A DNA stretch of 64,000 nucleotides from a virus. The stretch is taken from the IMG/VR virus record IMGVR_UViG_3300035698_016797, positions 1 through 64,000 of that record; one strand, written 5' to 3'. Of this stretch, positions 7,922 through 20,239 are shown one piece after another (the first letter of the stretch is position 1; every line of letters begins with the position of its first letter). Under the pieces are notes generated by a model. The model had not been told where the DNA came from and did no database searches. It saw only the letters and a program-made list of their open reading frames with translations. A program made the translations under genes and the position numbers.

Positions 7922-10900
7922 TTTTCAATCCTTTCGCCTTTTCTGCCATCCTTATAAACTTGACAAGCTCAAGCCTTAGCCCTGCTGCCGCTTTTTCTAC
8001 CAACTCTTCTCCGGCAACCATGTCTGCCTGCTCAAGAGATTTGTGTAGCTGTTCCTCGGCTCTGATTAGAGAGCTAAAGTGACTTCGCGACAGACGTTGG
8101 CTAATGAGTGTGTCAATTAGTTCGTCAACAGTAAGGACAATAACCTTATTGCCTTCACGTACTTCAAACTTAGATTTCCATTCATCTTTGTCCATAATTA
8201 CTACTCCACTATTAGATCTGGAAATTTACCACAACAATGATCTTCACTTTTCAAGTCAAATTTCAAATCTTTCGAAATTATATCCAACACATGAAAAACG
8301 GTGTGGGCATGACAAGAACATGTCACTTTTTGATCTCCATCAATATAGAGTGCCCATGCTCCGTCACTAAATAACAACTTTACCTTTTTCATCATCTTTC
8401 TCCCTGGCCATATCCATAAATGTATTCAAATAGGCTTCTGTGGTTCTTTGTGTTATTTCCGTTTCCCTTTCTGACTCGTCTACCACTTTTTCTATCCTTT
8501 CCTGGATCTCGTTCATAAACTCCATGTAGTCTCCAATACGTCTGCTGAATTCAGTTTCGTTTTCTGAACCTTCGTCCCAAAGCTGATGAAACCTTCCTAC
8601 AATCTCTGAAACGTCTGAAAGAAGTTGAGTGTAAGACTTCATTACATACTGACGGGTTGTAACCGGCCTCAGGTCTGGATTTGTAATCTCGAACGCCCTT
8701 ACAAACTCCTTCTCTGCAAACTCCAGCTTACGGGTCATTGCCGTCTTCAGTAAGAATTCATACCTTTCTCGTTCTGGTGATATATCAACCATTGACTACC
8801 TCCTTATGTTTGTTTTCACAAAGTTCAATTGCATGGTCAAGCTTCCTTGAGAACCTTGGAGTACTGATACAGAGGTCGTCAGGCTTAAGATGCTTAACCT
8901 CCTTCATAACCTCTTTGAGTCTCGATAGAGTGACCAGTTTGTCTTGAATTCTTTCTATCCCTGCATTACGAGCCTTATCCATAAAGTACATCCCTTGTAT
9001 AAACCTTTGCTCCACAAAATGGACAGAATTCAAGTGTATACGTACTGAACCTTGCTCCTGGGTAAAGCATGAGCATTTCCGTCTGTCCGTCTTCAAATTC
9101 AAAGATGTCAAGCTTGAGTCCGTAGAAGGGGTTGTTCAAAACTGACTGTAGGTGTCCACACGGTTCTAGCGTTCCATCTTCTGTTACTTTGCACTTTTCC
9201 ATATCATATACTCCTGTACGTTTTTCGCGCAACGCTATAATCCTTTTATCGCGCCACTCCTTGTTCCATGCCTCATCCTCTTCCATTTGATCAAAGAGAT
9301 CAGACGGCATGTTTTCACTACACCATTGTTTCCATTTTGGGTCCATAATTACTTCCTTGCGAATATATACCCTTGAGCATTAAACTTGGGCACATAGTCA
9401 CCTTTGCGCCAGTCAATTGGTCCACACTCTTTTTCGAACATGACTTTGAATCCAAGTGAATCCATACATGTCAAAAGGTCCGTATTTCCAATAGCCCATT
9501 GCCAAAATGAAGGTCGGCTAATTATTTCGACGTCTCTTTCCTCTTTGACGTTAGCAAGCTCTTTGAGCAGATTTGAATACACACTATCAACGTTTGGATC
9601 AAACGGTACTGTGTTTTCGAACTCTTCAAGGGACAAATCTGTAAGCCTGACTGTCTTGTCGGCAATATTCATTGGATTGTATACTACGACCACTTTCTTA
9701 CCATCACAGTGAAGCTTTAGGACTTCATCCCACGATGGATCAACCATATGCAGAAGGATGTCAAAAAACACAACAGTATCTACTCTTTTAGTTCTCCTTA
9801 CGACGTCCGAGTGTCCAATGCGTCCCTGAACCATACGAACCCTGTTATCATCGTCAACTTCTTCTGTCAATCCATCGGGACAATACTTATCAACAATTGT
9901 GCCACGAACACCCTTTAGATTGTTAGCCGCCCAGAATGTATATCCTGCCATGACGTCTCCAACTGCACCAAGCTCTGCGAAGTCTCTTGTTCCAAACTCT
10001 TCTGCCGCGATTCTTAAGAGCGAAAGCTTGTTTTCATTAAGATTAGATTTCATACTAACTCCTTATACCAAATTTCTCTTTTCACCTGTTCCAAGAAACT
10101 TCTCCGACACATGCTCGCTTGCCTCATATGAAACGAGCGCAACCAACTGAATTTCTCTATACGTCATCTTTTTCCAACTACTTCTCAACCACTTCGGTAT
10201 CATACATCTCCAGTCTGGCAATGGAAGGGCATCTTCTTCTACATCTCTAAACTCTTCTCTGAACAAGTCAAGAGGGTTAAAGATTGTAGATATATGCTTG
10301 TGTAATTCTTCGTTTAATGTATACCCACACTCCGGCTCAAGCAAACCTATTGCTCGAAATAGTGTATCATCCATCGCATTCCAATCTTCTCCAATTGGAT
10401 CATTACCCTTCAAAATCTGGAGATACTGCTGGATGTCCCTCAAAGTCTTTTCTTTAGGCTTCTTCAATGGTCTCATTTTTCTTCTCCTTATCGTTCCACT
10501 CAACCACCTCATCTTGCTGCTTTTTATACAAAGCTGCGGCCACACTCAAATTGTTCCACAGCAAATCTCCAAGAGTCAGGTAATCATCAGGTGTGAGATT
10601 CTCATCTGAAGTCTCGCGCAATTTTTCCATTTCTGCCTTTAGATCTACCAAGAAGTGACGAGCTTGAATTGAAGTCTGCAAATAATGCTTATACATCATT
10701 CCTGGAAAGCCCATTATTTCTTCATCGTAATCTCCATTGAGGAATGATTTAATCTCAGATTCAGTCATTGATATATTCTTTACCATATTACTTCACCCTT
10801 CTAAAACGCCGATACGGCAACATTGTCACTCCACCCAACACGATGAGCACAACTCCACTCATTATAGCTATCTCAAAACCTGTATCGCGAAATAAATTTT

Positions 10901-12134
10901 GGAACCCCTCTACTACGACACCTACCTTGGTAGCTGTGAGTCCTACCAGTATCAGCGTTCCGACTGCAATCATTCCTCCGCCTATATTCTGTTTCAAATA
11001 CATCTTAATCTCCTATCTTAAAGTCCCAGCTCATCAAGGATTGTCATGGGCTTTACGGTTAGAGTCTCTCTTTTGTTAAGAGTCCTTGAGTTGTCTTCAG
11101 TGCGTGCAAACATTGCACAAAGTGTCCCGATTCCAAATACGATTAAAGCTCCGGTAAACAAGTCGTGATTATAATCTTTCAGTGCAAACATGGAAAAGAC
11201 CAACTGTGCACAATTGACAGAGAGACCTCCAAGCATCAGACCTATACCTGCAATAAATGTTTTCATGGTTTAATACCTGCCTGAGCCTTTGCTGAATCAA
11301 AATCATGCTTTGTCATCGGCTCGTTTGCATATTTTTTCAATGCGTAACCTTTACTAATTAGACCTCTCCATAAGCGTTGCCCGAGAGTACTGTTTCCAAC
11401 CGTAATATTTTTAGGTGTCATAATTACCACCATCCTAACTTGCTTCCGCAGTACAACAAGACTATTGAATATGCCAATATAACACCGGCACACAAGTTAA
11501 ATACATTTACCACTCGTGCTACCGGCTTCAAGCCTTCTGAAGAACTGATGTGTTCAAACTTTTGCCTGAGCATGAGAATGGTTACTTTATCCATATCGTC
11601 AATCTCCTATTCTTTCCACTTACACTTCGTACATTTTTCAATTTCACTACTGCCAACGGCTATTGTGGAGCTTCCACATTCGGGACAACATATCCATATA
11701 CCGCTCGTATAGCCCAGTGCACATATTAAAAACCACTTCATTATATACTCCATACTCCGCAAATAACCACGGCCAGATAAACGACATAAAAAGCCCACAT
11801 AATCCAGTCTATGTTTTTAAACATCCATCTTTTCAGTGCTTTCATCTTCCACCTCTCTGTAAACGATAGTCATTTCGACCATTGCGCCATTCTCACTGAA
11901 CTCAATACGGTCCAGGATATGTCCTTCAATTGTGTCAATACGAGGAAGGGCCATATTTACAGCCGCCCCAAGCATATAGTTCCTTTGACCCCTTAGCTCT
12001 TTAGCTCTGAAACTTACGTCTGACAAGATTCTCTTCATAGTATTTTCCTTTTGTTTACGAACGGGTGGAGGCAACTTGCCTTCGAGACCTTCGATGAGTG
12101 CCAGCACTTTTTTACTCATACTTTTCCCTTTCAA
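7890..12134 (-). other. Run of small minus-strand hypothetical CDSs (7890-8195, 8201-8395, 8367-8792, 8785-8991, 8975-9346, 10063-10476, 10454-10786, 10788-11003 and 11018-11266 membrane-like, 11263-11493, 11817-12134)
   Basis: Tiled ORFs with overlapping or abutting start/stop codons; no motifs recognised. Confidence 0.6.
9349..10053 (-). CDS. Class I SAM-dependent methyltransferase-like protein
   Basis: FAELGAVGDV...IVD...VDTVVFFDILLHMVDP. Confidence 0.55.
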   Translation of the reverse strand: MKSNLNENKLSLLRIAAEEFGTRDFAELGAVGDVMAGYTFWAANNLKGVRGTIVDKYCPDGLTEEVDDDNRVRMVQGRIGHSDVVRRTKRVDTVVFFDILLHMVDPSWDEVLKLHCDGKKVVVVYNPMNIADKTVRLTDLSLEEFENTVPFDPNVDSVYSNLLKELANVKEERDVEIISRPSFWQWAIGNTDLLTCMDSLGFKVMFEKECGPIDWRKGDYVPKFNAQGYIFARK

Positions 12135-12534
12135 GATGGATTTGAGGACGCCTGTCTAATTCCATTGTTTACAGTTACAATATACTGGTGTATTCATTTT
12201 AATCAAGCTTTGTCGCTGACTTTTTTTGCGATTCTTCAGCGCCTTTAAGCCTGTAATATCGGTGACTTTTGTAGAATTACAAGTGAAAGTTGAGAATTTG
12301 ACGAATAATAGGCTGAGAGGAGAGTGGTGAGTTCAAGTTAAGAATAGGGGTGAGAATAAGTGCATATACCACCCCCTATGCTCTACATTCAGCTACAAAA
12401 AAAGAATATTTAGAATGCAACTAACACACTTTTATTATATTCTGTAGTATGGCAAGCTATGCCAAACAACAACCTGTGCGTGATGCGGGCGACGCACGAG
12501 GTTCACATTCACAAGCTCGTAGGAGAACGTTACG

Positions 12535-13155
12535 ATGTCAGAGACACTGAACAAGGCACTCATGGAAGCAAGCGACGGAGTCGCTTCGCGTCTCGCACAG
12601 ATGCTCGCTGAGGGGACTTTGTCCCCTTTCATGGCCGTCCTTGTGGGCGGGCATGTGAACTTGGGACTTCGTCCCAAGATGGCACTTACCGGCTCCAAGG
12701 GAGCCAAAACGCTCGTAGTGGCAGAGCCACTTCGGATGAGCCTCTGCGAAGGCACGTTTCTCGCCAGCCCGCAAGCACAGGCACCCGAACTGGCAGAGCC
12801 AGTTCCAGCAGGGACAATTATGTTCACTCATGTGAAGCACCCGGCTTCCGACCGTTCCGGTCGGACCTACGTCTCCTCCTGCCGGACGGATCTGGACGGC
12901 ATGGCTCCCACGTTGCTCGCGGTGCGCAACCGGGTCAACGAAGCGTTGACCGTCGCCTTCCCGGACAAGGTGGCTGTGGCTGGCAAAGCCAGCGGCTCTG
13001 CCGATGTGTTGTCCCAAGTCGCGGCTGATCTCGCAAGCGCGAACATCGCCGTTCGGGAAGTGGCCATTGACCGTGGTTTTGCCCACGGAATGACCCCTGA
13101 CGCTATGAAAGCGATCTTGACACGGCACGGTCACGACGTGAGCACGCTTGGGTAG
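12535..13155 (+). CDS. Hypothetical protein, GC-rich, first gene after the strand switch
   Basis: GGAG RBS; visibly higher GC than flanks; followed by hairpin plus T-tract near 13180-13212. Confidence 0.6.
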   Translation: MSETLNKALMEASDGVASRLAQMLAEGTLSPFMAVLVGGHVNLGLRPKMALTGSKGAKTLVVAEPLRMSLCEGTFLASPQAQAPELAEPVPAGTIMFTHVKHPASDRSGRTYVSSCRTDLDGMAPTLLAVRNRVNEALTVAFPDKVAVAGKASGSADVLSQVAADLASANIAVREVAIDRGFAHGMTPDAMKAILTRHGHDVSTLG

Positions 13156-13454
13156 TCGTCCCAAGGCGCAAAGAGAGTGTGCCACCCCTTCGGGGGTGGT
13201 TACACTTTTTTTTGTCTCTGTTGTGGTGTCTGGCATAATACCGCTTGATACCGCCACTTCTGTTTACCCCTTGTGTGTAGTAGGAAATTTGACCTCAGCT
13301 ATACCATACAGCGTGGTACGGTTGATGTCAAGCGTCCTGTTGTGTTCGCTTATGATAAAGCGTTCTAATGGGTTGTTTGAAGGGTTAAACTAGTAAATAC
13401 CTAGTTACCCAGTTTCCTCCAAGGTTCTATTCCATTTGGAAGGGCAAAGGAACC

Positions 13455-14327
13455 ATGTACGAATTCATCAACGCAATCCTCAGAGGTGAGGTTTCTCACC
13501 TAAAGACACTCTGTGCCGACCTTAACAGGCGGTTGAGGCAATCCAACACTATCGCTGATGACTACGGTCGTAAACTGGTAGTCGCACACCTTCAGGACGC
13601 ACACAACAAAGGCGTTTTTGACAGGCAGAGAGAATCACTCTCTCGTGCCATGTTCGCCAACATCGAAGCGCAAGAGGACATTGCAGCTCTCAAGATGGCC
13701 GTGAACCACAACGCTTCTGTGGTGGATGAGATCGAGAAATCTCTCACAGCTCAGTACTCTGGCGAAATCGAGAACGCCATACAGTATGCTCACTCACTGG
13801 AGCAGGAATTGGTGAACGTTAAGTCTGAGGCTCTCAGGACACAGACTCAACTGGGGATGCTCGAAGATCGCACCCTCGGTGATGATCCCAGTGATGTGCT
13901 GTTGCTTAACTCTCAAATTATGGCCGAAAGCAACAGATTTCTCCAAGACGAGATTGCGGCACTTCTCGTGGAGAAGGAAACGGCTAAGGAACAGCTCATC
14001 TTCGTCACTGGAGAGAGAGACTCCTTTGCTGAGAGTCTTGCACTATCCAGGGCCAGTGTACAAGAGATCACCCACAGTGCCATTCAGACCATATGGCTCA
14101 TGTCATACAATCGTTATGGAGAAGTGGGCACCGTATGCGTAGAGTGGCACGACCACAGTACTGCTGTGGCTCAAGCCTTCTCAGAGTTCATGAGAGAGAT
14201 GAAGCGGGCCAAGCTCCCTGTGTTCGCCGTCTGTACATTCGTCCATGAGCAGATTTCTCCTCGGTCAACAGGGAAACTGCAAAAGGACAAGCTCTTCGCC
14301 ATGATAAGAGCTATGATGTCCGCCTAG
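13455..14327 (+). CDS. Coiled-coil hypothetical protein
   Basis: AAGGAA RBS; E/Q/L/A-rich helical sequence. Confidence 0.65.
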   Translation: MYEFINAILRGEVSHLKTLCADLNRRLRQSNTIADDYGRKLVVAHLQDAHNKGVFDRQRESLSRAMFANIEAQEDIAALKMAVNHNASVVDEIEKSLTAQYSGEIENAIQYAHSLEQELVNVKSEALRTQTQLGMLEDRTLGDDPSDVLLLNSQIMAESNRFLQDEIAALLVEKETAKEQLIFVTGERDSFAESLALSRASVQEITHSAIQTIWLMSYNRYGEVGTVCVEWHDHSTAVAQAFSEFMREMKRAKLPVFAVCTFVHEQISPRSTGKLQKDKLFAMIRAMMSA

Positions 14328-15130
14328 TGTTCTGCCTTGCCACCTGTCCTATTGGGGTCGTACTTCACGATGCGCCCCGATAGGACGGGTTTCTTACTGT
14401 ATAGCGTATATACAGTGTATATAGACGTTTTAACACTTTGGAGTCCAAATGTACCGCAAAACACCCTCAAAAACACATATTTGCCCCATTTGTGGGCTAA
14501 AAGGGTGTGTTATGGACAGCGTAACTAGGGAGGGTATGCGTAATAGTACATGTGCGTACTACCCCAATGACTTCATTTCCCGATTCTTTATCCAACTTCT
14601 TTCCCAGCGTAATGATTTCTGTCCCTACATATTGCGTACATTTTGGCTATACACGCTACTGGTAGTGTGTGGCACTGTGTATATGTTGAATAACCGAAAA
14701 GATTCTTCGGAGGAATTACGGGATGTTGTTTCGGAGTATAGGATGGTATATGGTGTATATAGAGATGTATATGCTAGTCACTTATCTTTGGCCATTGATT
14801 TAAGCAGAAAAGGGTTGATTCAGACTCTCTTTTACATCCAAGTGTTGGCCCCCTGCCTTGAAAGGAGTAAGGGGAAAAGCGACCTTCCCGATACAGTTCC
14901 GTCGCTGATAGACCAACACCCGGATTGAGCAACTTACCGCACTGTAAAAATTGAAAGAGATGCCTCCTGTTAGTCTGGTCGTGGACTTTTACGCATGACT
15001 ATCGTGGCTATATGGAGGCATCTTATATCTACCTTATCCTGCTACTAGAGACTATCTGTATATGGTGGTTTCTAGTATAGGGATAATCTTATCCATTGTT
15101 TAAGCAAAACGTACCACACTGTAAGGTTAC

Positions 15131-15562
15131 ATGATGACGATAGCAAAGAAGCAGAAAATTGAACGCAGGGTATGGAACGGGATATACACTGTTGAGCAAG
15201 TACTCTCTAAGATTAAGCCTGTGAACGCTGTCGATGTGATGGTTGACTTTAATGGAAACCTCATAAAGATGAGTTCTCAGCGGTATTTGCTCTTTTCTCG
15301 CAGTTGCACATGCTGTGTATGTGGTGTTATCGGTATATTCTTCGCCAAGGAGAGACATTCAGGTAGCACAAGGTGGCATTTTAATCTATACGCCATTGAT
15401 GATGATGGCGATGAAGTGTTGATGACAAAAGATCACATTATTCCTCGCAGTAGAGGTGGGGAAAACACCCTCAATAACTATCAGACAATGTGCACTGTGT
15501 GTAACGGTAAGAAAGGTGATAAGGGTGAAAGCTCTTTACATATTCAACCTGATGTATCGTAA
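15131..15562 (+). CDS. HNH endonuclease
   Basis: CCVCG...LMTKDHIIPRSRGGENTLNNYQTMCTVCNGKKG. Confidence 0.88.
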   Translation: MMTIAKKQKIERRVWNGIYTVEQVLSKIKPVNAVDVMVDFNGNLIKMSSQRYLLFSRSCTCCVCGVIGIFFAKERHSGSTRWHFNLYAIDDDGDEVLMTKDHIIPRSRGGENTLNNYQTMCTVCNGKKGDKGESSLHIQPDVS

Positions 15563-15580
15563 AAACGAAAGGACGTTGAA

Positions 15581-18500
15581 ATGCCTGCTCAAAACACAAT
15601 CAACATCAAACCTCTTACATGGGCTATCATTGGCCTTGGCCTTTTGACGGCATTGCTGTTTGAGGAGTGTGCTTTCACATACATCGGCATCTTCGTCGGT
15701 GTGGCAATTCGATACGTCTTTCCTCTTCGCACTTCTACCGGCAATGCTCCCAAAAAGAGATTGTCAACCATATGGCACGACTTCATCAATTCCTAATGTA
15801 AAGGGTAATGAATCATGAAAATGATTGCTACGATAGGCTGTTCTCACGAGATCCGTAACATATTGCTCGCACTTGCAGCTACTGAAGTTGAAGTGATAGT
15901 GGTGGTTGGAGAGATGGAGCTTGAAGGCCCATCCATGGTTGCACTGTTGGACTCCAAAGTATTTCCTCCACAAAAAAGCTCTGACGATGGTCAATTGGCC
16001 ATTCGTACTGGTCGATTCCACCTCCTCATCCACCAAATCGAGGTGAAGAACATCGTTATCAATGCACACAGCGTGTGTATCAACCTCTGCAACAAGGACT
16101 ATACAAGACTTCCCATAAGCCACTATAAGGGGAAAAGATAATGGCTAAGTTTGGAAGATCTGGATCTATGGAGATAGTGGACCATGTAAGAGGAAATGCT
16201 GAAAGTGCTCGTCGTACTTCTGGGATCTTTGGTCCACCAGTGTTAGCTGAAAGTCATACATGTAACCCTCCTGGCTTTGAAGGCAAGAGAGTTGTTCACA
16301 CCCTTGAACGTGGTGAAGAAGTGATGAAAGCTATTCTCACTATGATTGCACTGGCCAATGTCTCATGCCATGTTGAAAGTGATTTCAGCACAAGGGAAAA
16401 CGTTGGCCTCATCATGTCTGAACACGAGGAAGTTGCACTGTTCACCTGTCATTCAACACGAAGGAGTGACAATAGGGGCAAACAATCATTCACAGCAAAC
16501 GATGTGGACAGAATTGAACTCCTTGATCAAAGTCACGTTGCAGTGCTCGTCAAAATAAATGCATTTGTGTAATCTAGTTAAGAGGAAAAGATAATGGCTG
16601 GACTCGGAAGACTTGGACCTATGGCTGTTGAACCTGTCAGGTCTTGTCATTTTAACGTGGAACGTCTGCTCATCCATTGTGGTACTTGTTCAATTGAGTG
16701 TTGCATTGATGGATGGGAAGAAGGTTCAGATTACCATTGGAATCTTTGTGGTGTTCCAATATGGAGCAATGTATTGAGAGCCTTTGTGACTACGGAAAAC
16801 AATAGAACTCAAGTGGTGTTCCAGCCTAAAAATGTACAGACCATAAAGATTGCTGGAAGAAGCTGTGTTGTTCAGTTGTGCCGTGGTGTTGTTCCTATCA
16901 AACCTTTTGAAGAAACATATCCAAACGTGGAGTGATGATGAAAGATTGCATTGTCATGTATGGTGGTTTTGTGATGTTGCCTGCTTTAGTGGGTAGTATC
17001 ATCGTGTTAGCAAGAAAGTTGAGAAAGAAAGGGCAGACAGATGGACAGGTTGGCAGTAGGGCAAGGATCGACGTTCAAGCATTGTACAATGGTAAATCCG
17101 TTCGTGCTATGTGTAGTCGTGAGTGCAATCTTGGAGAAACTGAGTTGGATGAGAGAGAGGGTTGCCAAAGATCGCAAAGATGGAGTGGTGAACGACCACT
17201 TTCCTTGCGACGGAGCCATGCCTCTGTTCATGCGGGATTTTATCCTGCTCGATGGATCATGTAAAGAACACTATCGAGTTGACCCAGATCCCAAAGACAG
17301 AATACACTACTGGCCTGTAGAGCAAAGTGAGAGAGAGTATGAAGACAGACCACATGGTGACAATGAACTGGTATTCAAACCCAATCCAGACGTGATATTC
17401 ATTCAGTTCCGTGCAGCTGATGAGGCTCCCGTCACTGTTGCTGGATTCCAGTTCAAGCCAAGATGGGAAAACAGTCACCAAGAGGCATTTGGCCAAGTTC
17501 TCCGTCATGGTGGAAACCATGATTGGAGCATGTCTGAACTGAAGGCTAATATCTTCTCAATGTGTGACCTCTACTACAGTCGCCACCTTCACCGCTTCAT
17601 TGCTCCTTCCTGATCCCAAGTAAAACTCAACGTGGTGTGAACACTGAGGATGGGCGTTAATGGTATTGCCCTGCTGTTAGCGTTTGTCTTTAGTGTTCAC
17701 ATCATGTTGAACTCAACGAGGTGTATCATGTTGACCGTGAGAATGGCAAGAACAACAGGAAATTTGATCGTTGAGGATAAATTCCGCAAGAATAGAGCAG
17801 TTATCACGTTAAAGGGACAGATTCTCTTTATAAGTGGGCTGGCTGAAAGTGCGGTAAGATGGGCAGTGAAAGACTACGTTGATAAGTACCCTCGACCAAT
17901 AGGGTGTAAACACACATCCGTTCAGTGTTATGTATAAGGGAGAGAATAGAAAATACCATGCAGTACTCTACATCCACATATAGTAGTAACTACTTTTCTA
18001 CGTCTGACCGTTCGTTAGACTATGGTAGTTATAACCTTGATGGGTTGAAGAGTTCTCCAAAGTCTCACATAAAGGTTCGCTTCCTGTCACATGGCAAGGT
18101 TAAAGCAAATGTGAGTGGTATTGTAGTGTCAGAACGTACTGATGATGGTGATTGCTCTATCAAAGAACAGTTTCCTGTCATTGTGTTGGTTGCCAATTTT
18201 GAAGGAGTGAGTAAGATTTACTCCACGGTGAGAAGCAATGGAGTTGTTCAGCATGATGTGTTCACTCTCGACGGCATTATGATGATAGAGCTTTTAGGAC
18301 GCATACCTCTGTATAAGGCACAAACTTATCTGGTTGAAATATGCAAAACTAAAGGCATTAAGACTGGTGGATGGCGTTTTTTGCTTGCCGACTGGCCAAG
18401 TCCACAAGAAGGAGTTGCAGCATGAGTGGAATAAAGGAAATGACTTGTCAATGTCAAATCTTTACGCTCTCGTATGAAGACTCTGACTGTGGACAAACAA

Positions 18501-18649
18501 TAGAGTGTCCTCTTTGTCATAGATATATGACGTTGAAGGACAGAGGATTTCTTAACAGCGAGAGAACGTTTGAGCCTACTCTCTCTGCTCCTGGACATGG
18601 AATTGATTTACAACAGGCTCTGAAAGAATTGAACGAAGCATGGGGTTGA
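15581..18649 (+). other. Run of small hypothetical CDSs (15581-15796, 15815-16141, 16141-16572, 16594-16935, 16932-17264, 17041-17613, 17650-17937, 17958-18425, 18422-18649)
   Basis: Tiled plus-strand ORFs; no motifs recognised. Confidence 0.55.
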
Positions 18650-18672
18650 TACCTCTAAAGAAAGGGCAGACA

Positions 18673-19233
18673 ATGGAATTCGGCATCACGGGTACACAAA
18701 TCGGGTTGACTGATTTACAGAGTGCGAAAGTTCATAACGTGCTGGAACGTATTTGTGCCAGAATCAAACCTCGTGTTGAAAAAGGTGAAAGCCTCATTCT
18801 TCACGAAGGGTGTTGTGTTGGTGCTGATGATCAAATTACCACAATGTTCCTGGCAATGGCTTCTTATGCTTTCGTCACCGAACATCCTCCTGCAAACACT
18901 AGCAAGATGGTTCCTCATATCAATGGAAATACTCGACTAGATCCACACCCATATCTGGTTAGAAACCGACACATCGTTGATTCGAGTGAGTTTATTCTTG
19001 CTTGTCCAAAGCAAATGACGGAAAACCAGCGTGGTGGGACATGGTACACCATCAGATATGCCAGAGCACAAAATGTACCAATCGTGATAGTGTGGCCAGA
19101 TGGAAGTGCCACTCACGAAGGAGATTTTGAGTTCATCAATCAGACCGAGAATGTTGCCACCATCAACAAGATGGCAGGAAATGTTGACGATCCTATGTAT
19201 GCACCAATTTCATTTAAAGAGGATGAAGAATGA
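18673..19233 (+). CDS. SLOG-superfamily (YspA/DprA-like) nucleotide-binding protein
   Basis: GITGTQ...LHEGCCVGAD...YLVRNRHIVD...GGTWYTIRYA. Confidence 0.75.
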   Translation: MEFGITGTQIGLTDLQSAKVHNVLERICARIKPRVEKGESLILHEGCCVGADDQITTMFLAMASYAFVTEHPPANTSKMVPHINGNTRLDPHPYLVRNRHIVDSSEFILACPKQMTENQRGGTWYTIRYARAQNVPIVIVWPDGSATHEGDFEFINQTENVATINKMAGNVDDPMYAPISFKEDEE

Positions 19234-19697
19234 AAAAGATTCTTCTTAAAGTAGCAAGGTTGGATGGTGTTACGACAGAGTTGTTTATCAACTTAATGCT
19301 ACGCTTTTCTAACTTTTTGTCGAATTGGGCCGATTACGAAACTAATCGGCTACTCTTCGTAGAAGTACGCATTGGAGCCAAGGCTAGAGCACGGTTTCAG
19401 TTCGTTGGATGGACAGTTGAAGAGGCAAGAGATGAGATGGACAACAACTTGCCTGATGGATACCTTTCAGTGCCGTATGTAAACGGTCTGTTTGCAGAAG
19501 ATAGCGTGGTATTAAGACCACTCGATGTACTTGTGTTTATTCCTCCAACAGCAAAAAGGATATTATTCGTATCATGGCTAAGAAAACAAAAGTCCCAACT
19601 GAGACATTGGACTTTGGTACTGCTGGAAAGATTAAGGTTGTGCTGGTCCAAGGTTCGCTTGTGCCTAATTCTATTCTCCCAGAGACGGTCGAGGTAG
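19230..19697 (+). CDS. Protein with a ThiS/MoaD (ubiquitin-like) domain
   Basis: YVNGLFAEDSVVLRPLDVLVFIPP resembles the MoaD C-terminal half. Confidence 0.45.
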   Translation: MKKILLKVARLDGVTTELFINLMLRFSNFLSNWADYETNRLLFVEVRIGAKARARFQFVGWTVEEARDEMDNNLPDGYLSVPYVNGLFAEDSVVLRPLDVLVFIPPTAKRILFVSWLRKQKSQLRHWTLVLLERLRLCWSKVRLCLILFSQRRSR

Positions 19698-20239
19698 AAT
19701 CAGGCTTCGTGTATGGGAGATACCCATTCGACGTTAAAGATTCAAAGTGCTTTCGGTATATTGTCAGTATGACCGGTAACGGTTCACGTTCGGACACTAA
19801 CTATATCAACATAGGAAGACACACTACAAGAGCGTGCTATGTAAGGAATATGAGGAAGACGTGCACTGCCAAATTTAAGGTGGTATCTGGTTCTGTTCGT
19901 GCTGCGTAGAGTGAAACGTGTCAGTTCGACACGACACTATAAACCCATTCTGCAAAAGGAGCAAGAAAATGGGTAAGGGCAAGGGTTCGATGGTTTCATT
20001 GTTTAGCGTTGGACAAGTGATTGTCTTTCGTGACAATGATGAAAGTGGAAAAGCCATCGACAGAGTAGGTCGCATAACCAAACTTCACAAGTCCTGCACT
20101 TGCGGAGTTGCGGAAATCCATCCTCTTGACGAGAAGGGGAAACAAAAGAAGCTGGCAAGAAAGCTGAGAGGCGTTCACAATGCGAATGCAAAACAGCTTG
20201 AAGAGCTTCGTCAAGCCATGGCAGAGAAGGAACAAAGTC

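Noticed and set aside
12435-13257. Minus-strand ORFs 12435-12827 and 12538-13257
   Set aside because: Antisense shadows of the GC-rich plus-strand gene, which has the RBS and terminator
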